This document shows, piece after piece, positions 27,044-40,209 of a stretch of DNA of 64,000 nucleotides. A program made the position numbers and the translations under genes. The stretch covers positions 3,928-67,927 of the forward strand of contig ADNK01003007.1 in assembly GCA_000320545.1 (NCBI GenBank), given 5' to 3'. The notes under the pieces were generated by a model. It saw only the letters and a list, made by a program, of their open reading frames with translations, was not told the origin of the DNA and ran no database searches. Numbering within the stretch: position 1 is the stretch's first letter; every line of letters begins with the position of its first letter. This DNA comes from Bigelowiella natans CCMP2755 (taxonomy: Eukaryota; Protista; Cercozoa).

Positions 27044-27524
27044 TTTATATATATTTATGCATATGTGCATGATTACACACACGTACAGGAGTTGCAGCCT
27101 CTGCGCCATCCATGGTGATGGTCAGTACCGCCTCGTTGTCCTAATCCAACCAAACGTCAATGGCCAACGACGTGGACGCGCAAATCACAAATGTATATAG
27201 CTACTGCTACTACAATGCATTTCGGTGCATTCGCATGCTAAAGCGCCAAAGAGGGGCTCTCTCTCCTCGTTGAACCAAACCACTCGCATCATTATATCAG
27301 TTTCACGTACAGACCTCATGGTTGTCGTCCAGTGCAAAACCGTAATTCACGAAGAATCTATAGTAGGAGAGGCGGTTAGTTCGTGGAGGGGGTTAGGGGG
27401 CGGATGGGGAACAAAGCTGACAATCCATGTTAGTACTGCACAATACGGAGCGAATGGCAGGATCATTGTCACCTATGGTTGCATTTTCGGCCGTAGCTAT
27501 CGAAAACCTGATTACATTTTCATA

Positions 27525-27588
<64 letters not shown>

Positions 27589-27879
27589 TTACTACATCCA
27601 TACTGATATCCATCGTCATGCCTATCCCAAATCATCGCCATAGACAAACTTGAATATGCAAGAAATGATGGCAATATATTTCTTCTTCGTCTACAACATC
27701 AGCAACCTCCTCTCCCCTGCCAATAGGCGTCACAGTAGTAATGCTAAATCCCTGAGAGTCGTCGTTATAGCACCACGCGGTTTCGCGAGGAATCTTGTGA
27801 TTTAGCATATCTGCATACGGCACTAGTCCGTCCTATTGGTTTTCCAACGTCAGCGAGGAAGAACGATGTGCATGCAAAC

Positions 27880-27924
<45 letters not shown>

Positions 27925-28072
27925 AAAACTCGAAAAACTAGATGCGAAAAAGGTTGTGTTTGATGGCAGATACGTTCTTCTTCTCTCGCAGATCATACCG
28001 TCTTGACGCCGTTGACAGTGATGCCAAAGATACGTGTGATAATTACGAGGCGCGCCTGGGACCATGCGCGTG

Positions 28073-28151
<79 letters not shown>

Positions 28152-28528
28152 TATTTTGAGGATATAATGAGAAACAAAAAGGGCTACAATTCATTCGAGG
28201 ATGCGATCGATGATCACGTTTCAGCATTGTGTTTTGAGAGGAGGCAGAATAGTTCGGGTGTCCTCGTATAGTACGATCATGCCAGCATAACAGTCGCTTA
28301 GTACCCAGATGAAGTCCTGCAGCGAGTGGCGTTTAAAGGATGGAACCTGGGGTGGTGGTGATGAGAAGACTGACCGTTATTATTATCATGATGCAAGCAG
28401 CAGATAGCGCATAGCTGCTCTTTACCTTGGCGACGATGGCGTTGTATTCCTAGAAGGTGATCGTATGAGCAGCCCGCAGTAGCGGAGAGAGAGATTGGAC
28501 AATAAATTAGATATAATTCTTTATTTAA

Positions 28529-28563
<35 letters not shown>

Positions 28564-29792
28564 GTAAAAGTCGAGTGCACGCATTTCTCACGTCTCTTAG
28601 GTGCTCGAGTCGCCGGGCTATTTTCCCCAACGAGAAGGATCTTAGCGACGATTGGGTTATTTGTTTTGAGGAGGAGGAGGAGGAGGGGGAGGAGGGGGAG
28701 GAGGAAGAGGAGGGGCAGAATGTTAAGAAAGACGATATTGACAAGCATATGACGTGCTGAAAAGGAAGTTAACAAGGGAAGATATTCATGAAGAATAAGG
28801 GAAAAGAAGAAAGATAACTGTGTTCTTGCAATGATAAGAAAATCTCCTTAATGCCCTGAAACAGTGTTAATTAGTGCAGCATTGACTATCTATCGATGAA
28901 GTGCGTGCACGCGCCTACACAACCCTTTGAGCATCTTTAGGTATTTGTCGGTGAAGAAAAGGGGAATCGTCGGGAAGCTCTCGGGGAGAATGGAGATGTA
29001 CGGCTCGAAGAAACTTCCTATAAAATCACCAAAAATAAAAACAAGAAGAAAAATAGAAGAAACTAAGCAATTTATCTTAAAATAGGCACAGATTTTCCCA
29101 ACCCATCCAAACGCACAGCAGATGGTAAATCTTCAACGTCATCACCCTCTCCCTCTCCCTCCCACCCCTTCATGCTTTCACTCGCCTTTTCCTTTTGCCC
29201 TTTCTTGCAGAAGATACACCGCCAACCACGTGTGAGACGATTCAACATGTGCCTTTGTCCAAATGGAGAAGATTCAGCCAAAAGCAGATTATACGACAAC
29301 GCTACTTGCTTTTCTTTGCACAGCCTTATCCCCCCCCCGCCCCCCCCTCCCCCCCCCTCCCCCCCTCGCACACATACTTGCGTACACACGCAACGCATCT
29401 GACTGACTCAGTTTGACAGCACCCAAGAGCGCTACTTACGGTTGATAATAACACACCTTTGCTTTGGTGATGAGCTTGCACATAGCCGATGCCTTGGCCT
29501 GGACAGCAGCAAGGGGGGGTGGGGGGGGGGGAGATAAGGAAAGTGTGGGTATGTCGTTGTCGTTGTTGTTGTTTTTGTTGTCGTCGTCATTGTTGATTTT
29601 GAGTTTTGGCCGATTTCGATAAGGATCATGCAGCCACTACGACTACTATTACTACAACAACTACTACTACTATCATACTACATATATGCGTCGTTCTATC
29701 ACCATTTCAGACGTCATAATGAACTCCAATGGCACGAATAGAATCTGCTGTTGAGGCTCTAGCTCTTTTAGCGCATGTACCTTTGGTTATAT

Positions 29793-29826
<34 letters not shown>

Positions 29827-30259
29827 GGATGATGAAGAAGAAGAGGAAGAAAGCGACAACGCAGAGGCGGTGGAGAAGGAGGGGGGGGGGAAGAAAAAGA
29901 AAGAGGAGCGATGTTAACACATCGAGACGCTGTTGAACATGTTTGTCTAATACACATAATTTTGGGGAAAAATGAAAATAATATGTATCTTTGAATGCAC
30001 AAAGCGAGAACCAGCACTTTAGAAGAAGCAGACAATCATCGTGTGTTCTCGATTCTAAGGGCTTGTACGTCATATGCACATCACGACAACCCCCTTCCCC
30101 CCCCCCCCCCCCCACTCTTCCTTCCCCAACGTGTTTATCTCACCCCTCGATGGGTTTGCGAATATCTTCTCAAAAAAAAATCAGGAAATCTGGGTTGTAG
30201 TGTCAGGGGGGGCTATCAGTATTCGGGGTGCGTATGTGTGCGTGGGTGTGAAAGGATGG

Positions 30260-30309
<50 letters not shown>

Positions 30310-31975
30310 TCTGCTCGCTAAGTCGCTTGTGGCTGGATATTTCCCCTTCACAGCATGCGCTACAACGCCACCAGATTTATAGGAAACACGCGACGACGCT
30401 TTGTGTTCTTTGGATCGCTAATGGCAGTGTCAGGCACAGTCAATTGCCAGAGGTTTTTCCTCATATCGTTCCACTCTCATCGTGCCTTCACAAGATTGTC
30501 AACGCAACAAGAATGCATCGATAGTTCAAGCATGCACGCTTACTTCGCGCCGCCTTTTCTCAGCCAATCCACCATTTTGTAAAACTTGTCCTGTGAGTGG
30601 TGTTAAAGGGGGAGGGGGGGGGGGGGGGGGGGGGGTGAAAAACCCAAAAAACCAAAAAAAAAAGAATATTTTTCCCGACTTTAATTATTTTTGGCGCCCC
30701 CTTCTTTTGAAGAGGGGCCAACCAAAAACCGCCCCTTTTGGGTGTTTTCACGAAACCAACGAAAACCATATCGCCAAATGTACACCCCCCCTCGAGTAGT
30801 TTTCTGCCAGAAGAATTGCCAGCAACAACACACGGTCCAAAAAAATGTGGGGGGCCTATCCTTCGGGGGGGGGGGGAGAAAGAGAGAGTCGAGTCGATCT
30901 CAGGCGCAACTATATGATTCATGTAAAGTTGTTAGAGTGTAAAAAGTGCATTATTATACGATGTGTATTCGAATGTAGAGATCGCGTTATCATTATACCG
31001 CGTCAGTGAGCAGTTTTTTCATCTGCGCCTACAAGGTAGAAGGCAGAAGAGTCAAGATCGGGGGGAAATGACATCAAGCAGAACCATGAAAAAACGATTC
31101 AAGACAGCCGACCTTCCTCTCGTCGTGTTGTTTGCCCCTTTTCTTCTTCTTTGCGGCATTTGAGGGGGCTCTCATCCCAGAGGAAGAGGAGGAGGAAGAA
31201 GCATAAGAGGAGCTCATATTGAGCTGAGCAAGGCCGGAAGTATAATACGAAAGCGCCTCCTCATATCTAGCAATTCGGAACGGGGAAACGGGGAATGGGG
31301 GGGAAGGGGGGAGGACTTGTGGGTTGTCTGCGATCACTCGATTTAACATGCAGCAAATAGTGATATAGAATCCGAAATAACCGCATCGAACAGCTACGAT
31401 TTAGGCACGAAGTCAAGAAAACGGCACGGGGCATTTGCGGGCGGTGCGTCCGTCCGCAGCTAGCGAGGCGATTCGAGATGCTCTTCGATCTGGCATGAGG
31501 GGGTTATGATGGCTTACTGCGAGCTCTTCTCCGCAGCGTATCCCAGTCTGAAATGCGCCTTCGGCCTACGGGAAGGTACGAGAGAACATCGTTATGAGTG
31601 ACTGGGGTCATGAAGAGACGCATACGAGTTTATATATAATGTGTGCATATGCAGCGTGCGCACTCACCAAGTTGGATCTATCGAAACAGCAATCTTCGCG
31701 TCGTTCAGAGCCCGGCCGAATTTCCTGACGAGTTGGAGAGAAATGAGGATCATGAGAGATTATCACCAGCACCGCAGTGGCAACACCTATCTTCCTATCC
31801 CCCTCTCTACTGCTATCATAAAGTTGCAAAAAAAGAAAAGGTAGCAGTCTTCTCGCCATAGATGAATCTGTCGTCGTGTCTCTCTGCTTACCCCAGAGCA
31901 CAGTAGGCTGCGGATCTATTCGCGTATAAAACCGCATCCTTTTTCCCATGACTGCTAATTGCCACGCCGTACCTT

Positions 31976-32016
<41 letters not shown>

Positions 32017-32554
32017 GCGGGGAGCAACATTAATAGTAGAGGCACTGTCCTGCTCTGCACGCAAAAAATTGTAGACAGCAAGACCGGGTAAATCCGGACA
32101 AAACAATGGGAAACCAACGCTATTCACAACAGAACAGTTCGCGGGATATTGCTATTGCGTGAAAAATAAGGACGGTATTGCACATACATCTCCACAGCTT
32201 TGTCGAAGTTCCGATCCCGGAAGGCACAATCCGCTGCTTCCTGAGGGGCGGGGGGTGGGGGGGGGAAGGGAATAGAGAGCACAGAGAGAGGAGTGAAAAG
32301 CGTGGACTAGATCAGCGCCTTGCCAGGCGTACTTTTCTAGAGCAGCGTCGAAGCAACCGCGCTTTAGAAACGAGGAAGGGGGAGGGCAGCATCGAGTTGA
32401 AGACTACCTTCGGGGAGTGATGTTTCTGGTCATTATGTTGCTTCGTTCTCGCCCTAATGTCTGCGACTGAGCGAGCGCTACCACCTGTCCCCCCTCCCTT
32501 CGAAAATCCCATCGCTGCCCCCCCGCCTTTGCGCCGGCGTCGTACGGAAGTCAT
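24207..32554 (-). CDS. TPR + SET domain protein methyltransferase (SETD3/Rubisco-LSMT-like) with C-terminal substrate-binding domain
   Basis: The spliced TPR exons read DAVLYANRSAAYCALG-KFGRALNDAKIAVSIDPTW-PKAHFRLG and RYEEALSYYTSGL. The SET exons read WLRKGGAK-FPDFFLRRYSQTHRG-VHALKELEPQQQILFVPLEFIMT, WLAVYLLQERAKG-SFFEPYISILP, LVPYADMLNH, SYGRK and FFVNYGF. The C-terminus reads RNCIVMRLGEKK-VLQWF...VIEPLLRAERFP, stop at 24207. The start (MTSVRRRRK, 32554) is less sure. Confidence 0.85.
28077..28146. repeat. Interrupted (TA)n microsatellite, representative of intronic (TA)n and (CA/TG)n tracts
   Basis: Directly visible. Others occur near 7770, 9810, 27010, 27525, 34330, 35060, 55925, 59925 and 62250. 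Confidence 0.95.
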
Positions 32555-32809
32555 GTTGCAATCTCCCCTGCTATGTATGGCGGACCAAGCACAGGGTTGC
32601 GTAGCTACTTTGGAAGGTGGTAGGGGGGTTGACTCGATCGAATTTAGAAAATATTTTACACGAAGAATATCGTAAGTATTTTTAATATAATAATAAAATT
32701 TAAAGTATGTAAATATACCTAAAAACATCTAAATTTTATGTTCTAAATCATCATTCTCTTAAAACAGGTCGCAGAACAACCGACTCCTCCTCGCCCCAGC
32801 TCCCCATCG
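32555..32809. promoter_or_regulatory. Probable AT-rich bidirectional promoter (SET gene / R3H gene)
   Basis: About 255 bp separates the inferred divergent starts, with a strongly AT-rich core at 32640-32765. Confidence 0.45.
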
Positions 32810-33462
32810 ATGCGCTCGGCTTCGTCGTTCTGGGGCGCGAAGGGCAGGCGCAGTGCAAACCCGCCATCGCACTTCCGAGAGAGAAGGAGATCTGGCCCGG
32901 GGAAAGAGGAGAAATGCGTAAATCCGTTCGACACATCCTATGGAGGGGTCGCGCCTATCAATCTAACAACATAACACGAAAGATGAATGCACGGGAATAA
33001 GAAAGTAATTGCGTGCTTTTTGATCAATTACAGGCTGCAATTTTCGAAGCTCTTCGAGATCCATACGCGCGGGCATTTGTGCTTCTTCTTGAGGAGGAAT
33101 TATCCCATTTTGTAGGGACAGGAGGCTCCAGTGCGGTTGGTGATAGCCGCGCAGCTACCGTTGTTTTGCTATTCCCTGCGATGAATAACTGGATGCGGCT
33201 TATCGTTCATAAAACTGCATCAAGGTATGATTACGAAAGCAGGGGTCCTCCATGCCACCGATGTCGTGGTTGCATTATGCATTTATTTGATCATTGCTAT
33301 TATTTGTACAATGCAAGGTTTCATCTTGAGTCGAAGTCCATAGGCCTGTCAGCATCCCGCCGAGTCGCAGTTGTAGGGGAGATGATGATGTTTAGATCAT
33401 TGGGCAGTGTGCAGAATCGAGAGCCAGAGAGCGGGATAAAGAGACAGAGAAAGAGAGAGAAA

Positions 33463-33497
<35 letters not shown>

Positions 33498-34325
33498 TGG
33501 GGGGAGGGGAGAATAGACGGAGGATATATTCCGTACTGAATATATGCCAACATCCTATCACAGAGACGTCGCTCTATCAGTCAGTCCCACCCCCCTGGTG
33601 CTTATTCTCGAGTGCCGTTACTACTCTCCGAAGACCTGGTAGTTGGTCGAGCCAAGCGCCGGCTGCTGAAGGAGAGCGGATGGAACGTGCTCGCCGGCTT
33701 TAAACTGTTGACTTCGGACAGCGAACATGGCCATGCAAGAGCACACGCTGAAGCTCTCCTCTTTCCCACTTTGGGAAAGGAGAGCAAGGGGGCGGAGAGC
33801 GGGAGCAGCGAGGATGACAGGCAGCGCGAAAGGCTGTTCGGTTATACTGGGCCGTTGTCTGGTGGGAAGGACGGGGAGAGGGGTGCGGCACGGCAGCACA
33901 GGGGTGGTAGCGTTGGGGGATATGAGGAGGAGGAGAGGGGGAATGAAAATGGGGAAGAAAAGAGGAAAGAGAAACAAGGAATGGAACAAAGAAGAGCACA
34001 CCGCGGCTGCTCGGATGATAGCGATGACGATAAAAACCTCCTCAAGGGCTGGGGCGACGTCGTTTTCTTTCAGAGCTTCATTCGTTGGTAAGTAAGTAGT
34101 AAATGGTTTTGAGCTTATGGTGATGGTAGTATTAGGTGTTATTGGAGGGTATGTTCTAAAAGCACTCCCCCCCGAAGATAAACTCAAATAAGAGGCCTTG
34201 TATCTATCCTTTGCTAGGCCAAGGTTTCTCAGTTTATGGGAAGAGCATCATGGAGAGACCGCAGAGGCAATATGACTACCACTAGTTTTCTATACTCTTC
34301 CTCAAGCATAAGCATAATATAAACT

Positions 34326-34364
<39 letters not shown>

Positions 34365-35060
34365 TACATTTGCCGTTGTGCAGGAAGCAGGGTGGAGAGA
34401 GAACCAAGATCTCTCGGCAAACGACGTTGGAACGTCTCACATCATGCTGCTAGAGCTGTTGGACACTTCATTTCTCCCCTCTTCCTCCGCATCCCCCTCC
34501 CCTTCTCCTTCCGGCCCATCAGCAGTCGATACAGCGGCTACGAAGGAGAGAAGCGTGCGAGGGGCGGGGGGCGACGAAGAAGAAGAAGCATCAGACACCA
34601 AAGCTCTCATCTCTTTGATAAACAACTCGCTAAGTCGCAACAATAGCAATAGCAGCAGCGATTCTAGATGGAATCGTCGTTCCAACCGCTTTTCAGAACG
34701 TAGCAGTAGTAGCAATAGAAGCAATAGGAGCAATGGAACTGCCGTCGAGCGCGTCGTTGCATTGCCTCCCTCATGGACATGGCCTGGGTCCTCAAGCCAC
34801 GATGAAGCAGTAGGTGGGGGGGGGGAGGGGGGGGCACGAGGAGAGCGACAAATGCAGCAGCAGCAGGAGCATCATCGTGGAAAGAGAAGGAAATTTCTCG
34901 TCGTGTTCTCCTCTGCTAGGGATGCAGATGCTCTGCATCACTCTTCCTCCCTAGCAGATCGTTCTCGTTCGACAGCCGATCGGGGGGGGGGGAAGCGGGG
35001 GCGAAGTGGTGGTGGGGGACATAGACGCCATTGGCCTTTTAGGTAGAGATATATCTGATA

Positions 35061-35092
<32 letters not shown>

Positions 35093-35902
35093 CTCGTGCA
35101 TCTCTTTATCGTCGCTCTCCTCCCCTTCTTCCTCCTCACCCCCCCGCTCCTCCTCCTCCTTTCAATGCCTTCAATCATCATCTACCACATCAGGTGTTCA
35201 AAGCTGGCGGATGTGCCACGCGAGCTGCTGGCCATGTGCGGGTACCGGCCGGCGTTCGCGTCTTGCTTTCCATTTGAAACTACTGTTTTGTTATAATGGC
35301 GCGCTGATACACTCCTCTCGCTATCTGCCTTGAGAGCCGATAAATGCTGCAGATCTGAAGTGCCAACGCTGTCATTAGCCTGACTCTATTTAAAAATTGA
35401 TTTATTCTCTCTTACCCTCTTCCCCTCCTCGCCGACAATTGACAATTGAAGGTTCCCAGGCCCTCCCATTCGTGCGGAGCATAGAAAACAAGGTGGTGGA
35501 TGCTGATTTCTATACTAGTATTATATTTACCCACGCGTACACGCCTGTCCTCTAAGCAATGTCGTCCTTCCAGGAAATGCGGCAAAACGACTGATTCGAG
35601 CGGCGCTACCGAGCAGCACGGCATCAGCGGTTACACCAAAAAGAAGAAGCAGAGGCGCCCATTCCCTCCAAACCCGCCTAGACACTGACAAGACGAACGA
35701 AGGAGGGCCTCACCCCATCGGAAACAGAAGCCGGCGCGATGAACGCCATCAATACGATGCCAACAGACGTGGAGGAGACAAGAGCAGCAATAAAGGAACC
35801 AGCCAAGGTGAAGAGGCAGGTAGAAGAAAAACCATCAAAATTAGACCTGGCTTCGGCGCATACCGACCGCGAGGAGCGACCCGTGGTACTCACCCGCCCT
35901 GA
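32810..35902 (+). CDS. R3H-domain protein, R3HCC1-like (R3H, RRM-like segment, conserved C-terminal helix)
   Basis: The R3H signature is FPAMNNWMRLIVHKTASR-FHLESKSIG. An RRM-like segment reads SHIMLLELLD...FLVVFSSARDA. The last exon reads GNAAKRLIRAAL, resembling the R3HCC1 'A.RLI..AL' motif, and ends in TGA at 35900-35902. The start codon is uncertain. Confidence 0.75.
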
Positions 35903-36755
35903 TACAAAGGAATCGTGCATTGCAGCAATGCGATGCACGTTGTAGAAGTTCCTTGCTTACATTGCGCAAACAGCACGTCTCACTACGTGCATGCGGGTCT
36001 GTCCGTCCGGTCGTGTGTTTACAAGGCAACATGCGATCGACATTTGCGAAGGACAAGCTAGCAAGAAGATGCACTGAAACATTTCAATAGCGAGCGCATG
36101 CACAATTCAATAATTGGCCGGCTCTGATTGACACGATCGGACGCGCGTCCATTATTCTTGGAGTTTATGTTGCTGCGCAGCATTGTCGGCATCATTAGTC
36201 TCGCTTACTGGTTGACACGCACAAATATTTAGAAGTTTATGACAATAGGCGAGTGCAGACGTGCACCCGCCATGCTAGCATCAAATGTTTACATAAGATG
36301 GAGCCACACGCACAAAGAAGTTTAAAACGCACATGAATTCCGATTAATCCGCGTGTGCACGTAAAAGGTGAATGACTAGTGTGTTGTCTAGCTGAGTCCG
36401 ATTGATGACCCGTTTTGATCTTAGTGCAGCTAGGCAGTTTATGTAAAGCTGCTGATCATGCAAGTATCGTAATCATTAGTACATGCATTGTTACCTGCTA
36501 CACAGAACAGCTCTAGCTATCGCATCATGTACTTGTGTGTCCTCGTAGCGAATACACGAAGCGAATACACGAAGTGAACAATGTCTTTCGTTTCGGATGC
36601 ACTTGGATTGTCCTAGTACACTTGCATGCAAAAACCTCTTCCGCACAACGTCAAATCAATATGAGACTCATTCTTTTTGTCGTTGACGACAGTCTTCTAC
36701 GGCTAAGCAGGGCTGGTAATAATAAGCACAGGTGAAAGGACAGCACAATGGCATT

Positions 36756-37787
36756 TACGCTGGCTGCGGCGAGTTGTATGGCCGCTTATCTTGAACTGGA
36801 GCTTTCATCGGCCAATACCTAGCATAGTATCCATGAGAAAACCTCAATAACCGCTTTTCATTAGTAAATCCAAACTTGCAACGCCGAAGCCGCCGAATCA
36901 GGAGACACCGAAAAAGGGAAAAAAACTAACTCTACCCTTATCTCTCAAGGCGGGAGGCAAGAGGAATACGTGCATGGCAACGCCGTTTTATTAGTGGGAC
37001 AGTTTTTCCAACGTAAAAAGTGAGAATTGCCCTTCTTTTAAAAACATTAACAAACGATGTTCTGGATGCTGTGGTAACGGCTGTGTTTACCTAGGAGCGC
37101 CGTCCTCTCCATCCTCCTCCTCGCTATCGTCATCATCGACAAGTTCAGCTACGCCGTACATTTTCTGGAGGGAGGGAGGGAGGGAGAGAGAGAGAGAGAG
37201 AGAAAGAGGTGGAACGGAGAGAGAAGACACGCAAGAGCAGGGAGGGGCAAAGTAAAAATAAGAACCCGTGGTAGAGATAACTATATTATTCTTATCAGCT
37301 TCAGATTCATTTCAAATCCTAGGCTTTATATCTCGCCAGCGGCGCCACCATCGTTGTTATTTGCTTTTAAGCGGTTTGTCTACCCTCCTAGCCCCACCCC
37401 GAAAAATGGTATGGCTTTCTGCACCGAAATGCTCGAGTATCAAATGGGGGTGGGAAATTCAAAGTATGCGCTTTCACCTGTTCCAGCAGCATGCGTGAGC
37501 TCCTAGTAGCTTCCTAATGAGAACGACGGTGATGATGACGACGAAGATAATGATTATCACGATAATGATGGTAACAGAAATAATGAAGGCACGCGGATAA
37601 CAAAACCATCAGCAGCGACAAACAGAGCGAAGATTACAAGATAACGAATCACTAATCTCCGCAAAGAAATAGCGATGAGCGGTAGCACCAGCCTGCTAGG
37701 TTTTCCCTCTCACACACAGCCCCTCGCTAGATAGAGCTACTGTGCATCTCCACGCCTTATACTAGTACCAGCTCACTTACACTGTCT

Positions 37788-37824
<37 letters not shown>

Positions 37825-38158
37825 AAAACGCACACATACATACACACATACACATACACACACGCACGCATACGCTCTTTCCCTTTTGTGGGCGAAAAAG
37901 ATATCCTAATGCACACCTTGGCGTGATGGATGCAGGACTTCAAATCAGCTACTAAAACCGGGTTGGAAAGAGAGACCGGCGATGGCTCCGCCTCCTCCTG
38001 CACCTGTGCGTCTCCGCCCCCCTGCTTTCGGTCATCGTTCTCTCCATTCTTAGAGCCGACGGCCCCACCCTCCTTTCGGGAAGTATCCTTCTTTGCGGTG
38101 CTGATTTTGTCCGCACTGCCAGACTGTTTAGTCCCCTGCCGTGTAAAACGGAAATCAA

Positions 38159-38191
<33 letters not shown>

Positions 38192-39985
38192 AAACGATGA
38201 TGGTGAGAGGCCGACCCTTATCATGACTATTCGGTACTGTTCAAAGGAAGGAAAAACATAATAGAGACGGCGAGGGAGGGGCGGGCGAGAGCACCAGTCG
38301 GTTTTTATAGCGTACGAAGGCCTCGATGAACTTGTTGCGTGAGACCGAGCCATCGCCGTCAACCTCCACATCTATGCAGGGTATATAACAGCATACGTTC
38401 ATTTCGCTACACCGCTGGGGCGGGTATATATCCATGCTTGTTCCAAAGACGTCATCGTCATTGCTATCTCCCTCCTCCTCCTCCTCCTCCACCACCTCCT
38501 CCTCCCTTTTCTCTTCAATCTCCATTCAATCCAAAACATCAGGAAATTCGAAAAATTGGGCAAATCGAGAGTATCAGCCCTGCAGATTGGGACGATGTGG
38601 CGGGATGGTAAAACCCCTCAATATACGGTATATAGTACATAATGCCATAATGTTCTGCCCCCCCCCCCCCTCCCCATCCTGCTCCTCTGTACAAAGCCTC
38701 TACCTTCAAAGACGAAATGGGCTTCGTTGTGCAGTTTGGCCTGCAAAGGTGGCCAAAATTAGCACTTTTGATAGCAGTGGCATACGTCATTTGCAAAGCT
38801 CATTTAAACACTACTACGACTGACTTTCAGATATCATTTGGATGATGGCTACATATTGTGATGATTGACGATCTTTGCAGATCGAGGCTCTTTATATCTG
38901 TCTATTTCCACGAATTTATCATTTGGTCATTTAACTTGCTGCCCCCCCCCGCACCCATTCCCACCTTTGCCTCCTTGGCGTCGATGTGTCCATTTCCGTC
39001 AAGGTCCAAGCATTCGAAAAAATCTCCCACCTGAGTTGACGTTGGAGCTTTGAGCGAATGCGTTTAAGGAGTGGTGAAACTTTGCAGTGACAGAAATGAT
39101 GACGATGGTGATGATAATCATGATGATAATGATGATGATAATGATGATGATGATGATAACGACGACGAGGATGATAATCACAATAGAGAGGATTTACGAG
39201 AACACTGATAACACGGCAGCGACATGCCAAATTGCTCGGTAGCGATACGGCGTAGTACCAGCAGATGCTCCTCCTTGGACAACTGCGCCACGCTGGAGGC
39301 AAGAATAACGAGAATCAGATGAGCACTAGGGACGAAGAATAGAGGAAGGGGAGGGTGGAAAAGGACCGCTGGGAGATGAAAGATAACAGAATTTCTAGAG
39401 AGAATTCAGTTGCCGGTCTTATCAAACATAAGCGAGTTGTGTACAGCTTGTGTTCTTCCTATTGATGGTGTATTTCTAACCCTGTGGTGTTGAAGGTGAT
39501 ATCCAAGTCTCCTTCAATCTTCAGATATTCCTTTTTATAGTGAAGAGTACGCGAGTCACAAACGACGCTGGGATAAATGTGAGGGAGGGGGGAACAGCAG
39601 GAGAACGAAAATGCTTTCTGCATCTCCCCATGCATTTTGTAATAAATCTTCGTGTCGACTCTTTCTTCTATTCTCTCCGTTGACAATCCATTTAATGCCC
39701 CGTGCCTTCTGCCCTTTCTTCATCTCTCGTACTAGAGCTACACTCTATCTTAGAAAAACTTCCTATTTCTCATCATCATCATTATCATTACCATCACCAC
39801 CATCACCACCATTATCACAACTGAAGCTATAGCTTTTGTCGCAATTCGCATTTTTTGTTACTTTGAGCAGATACTCTAGATGAGCTTCCTCCCCTGCATG
39901 TACCCGACGTCCGTTAACATGAGAGATTACCCACCCTTCTCGAACGCCTCTGTATTAATCAGCTACATTTTATGTCTGTGCGTGG

Positions 39986-40020
<35 letters not shown>

Positions 40021-40178
40021 TGTGTGTGTTTGAGTGTTGGGGCGGAGTCTCTAAGGCGCATTGGACGCCGGAAAGATTTAATTTACACACTTTGCAAGAG
40101 CCTGGCTATTAGGAGCAACACCAGTAACTTCGTTGTGAGAGGAAAATCTGTTGTATATTTACAATCGGAAGATTATAA

Positions 40179-40209
<31 letters not shown>

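Noticed and set aside
30601-30880. Odd homopolymer-rich stretch with several ORFs
   Set aside because: Run-lengthened bases directly after a long G tract look like low-quality read slippage. It is probably a sequencing artefact that obscures SET-gene exons.
36548-36573. 13-bp tandem duplication gcgaatacacgaa x2
   Set aside because: It is real but trivial local slippage with no sign of function.
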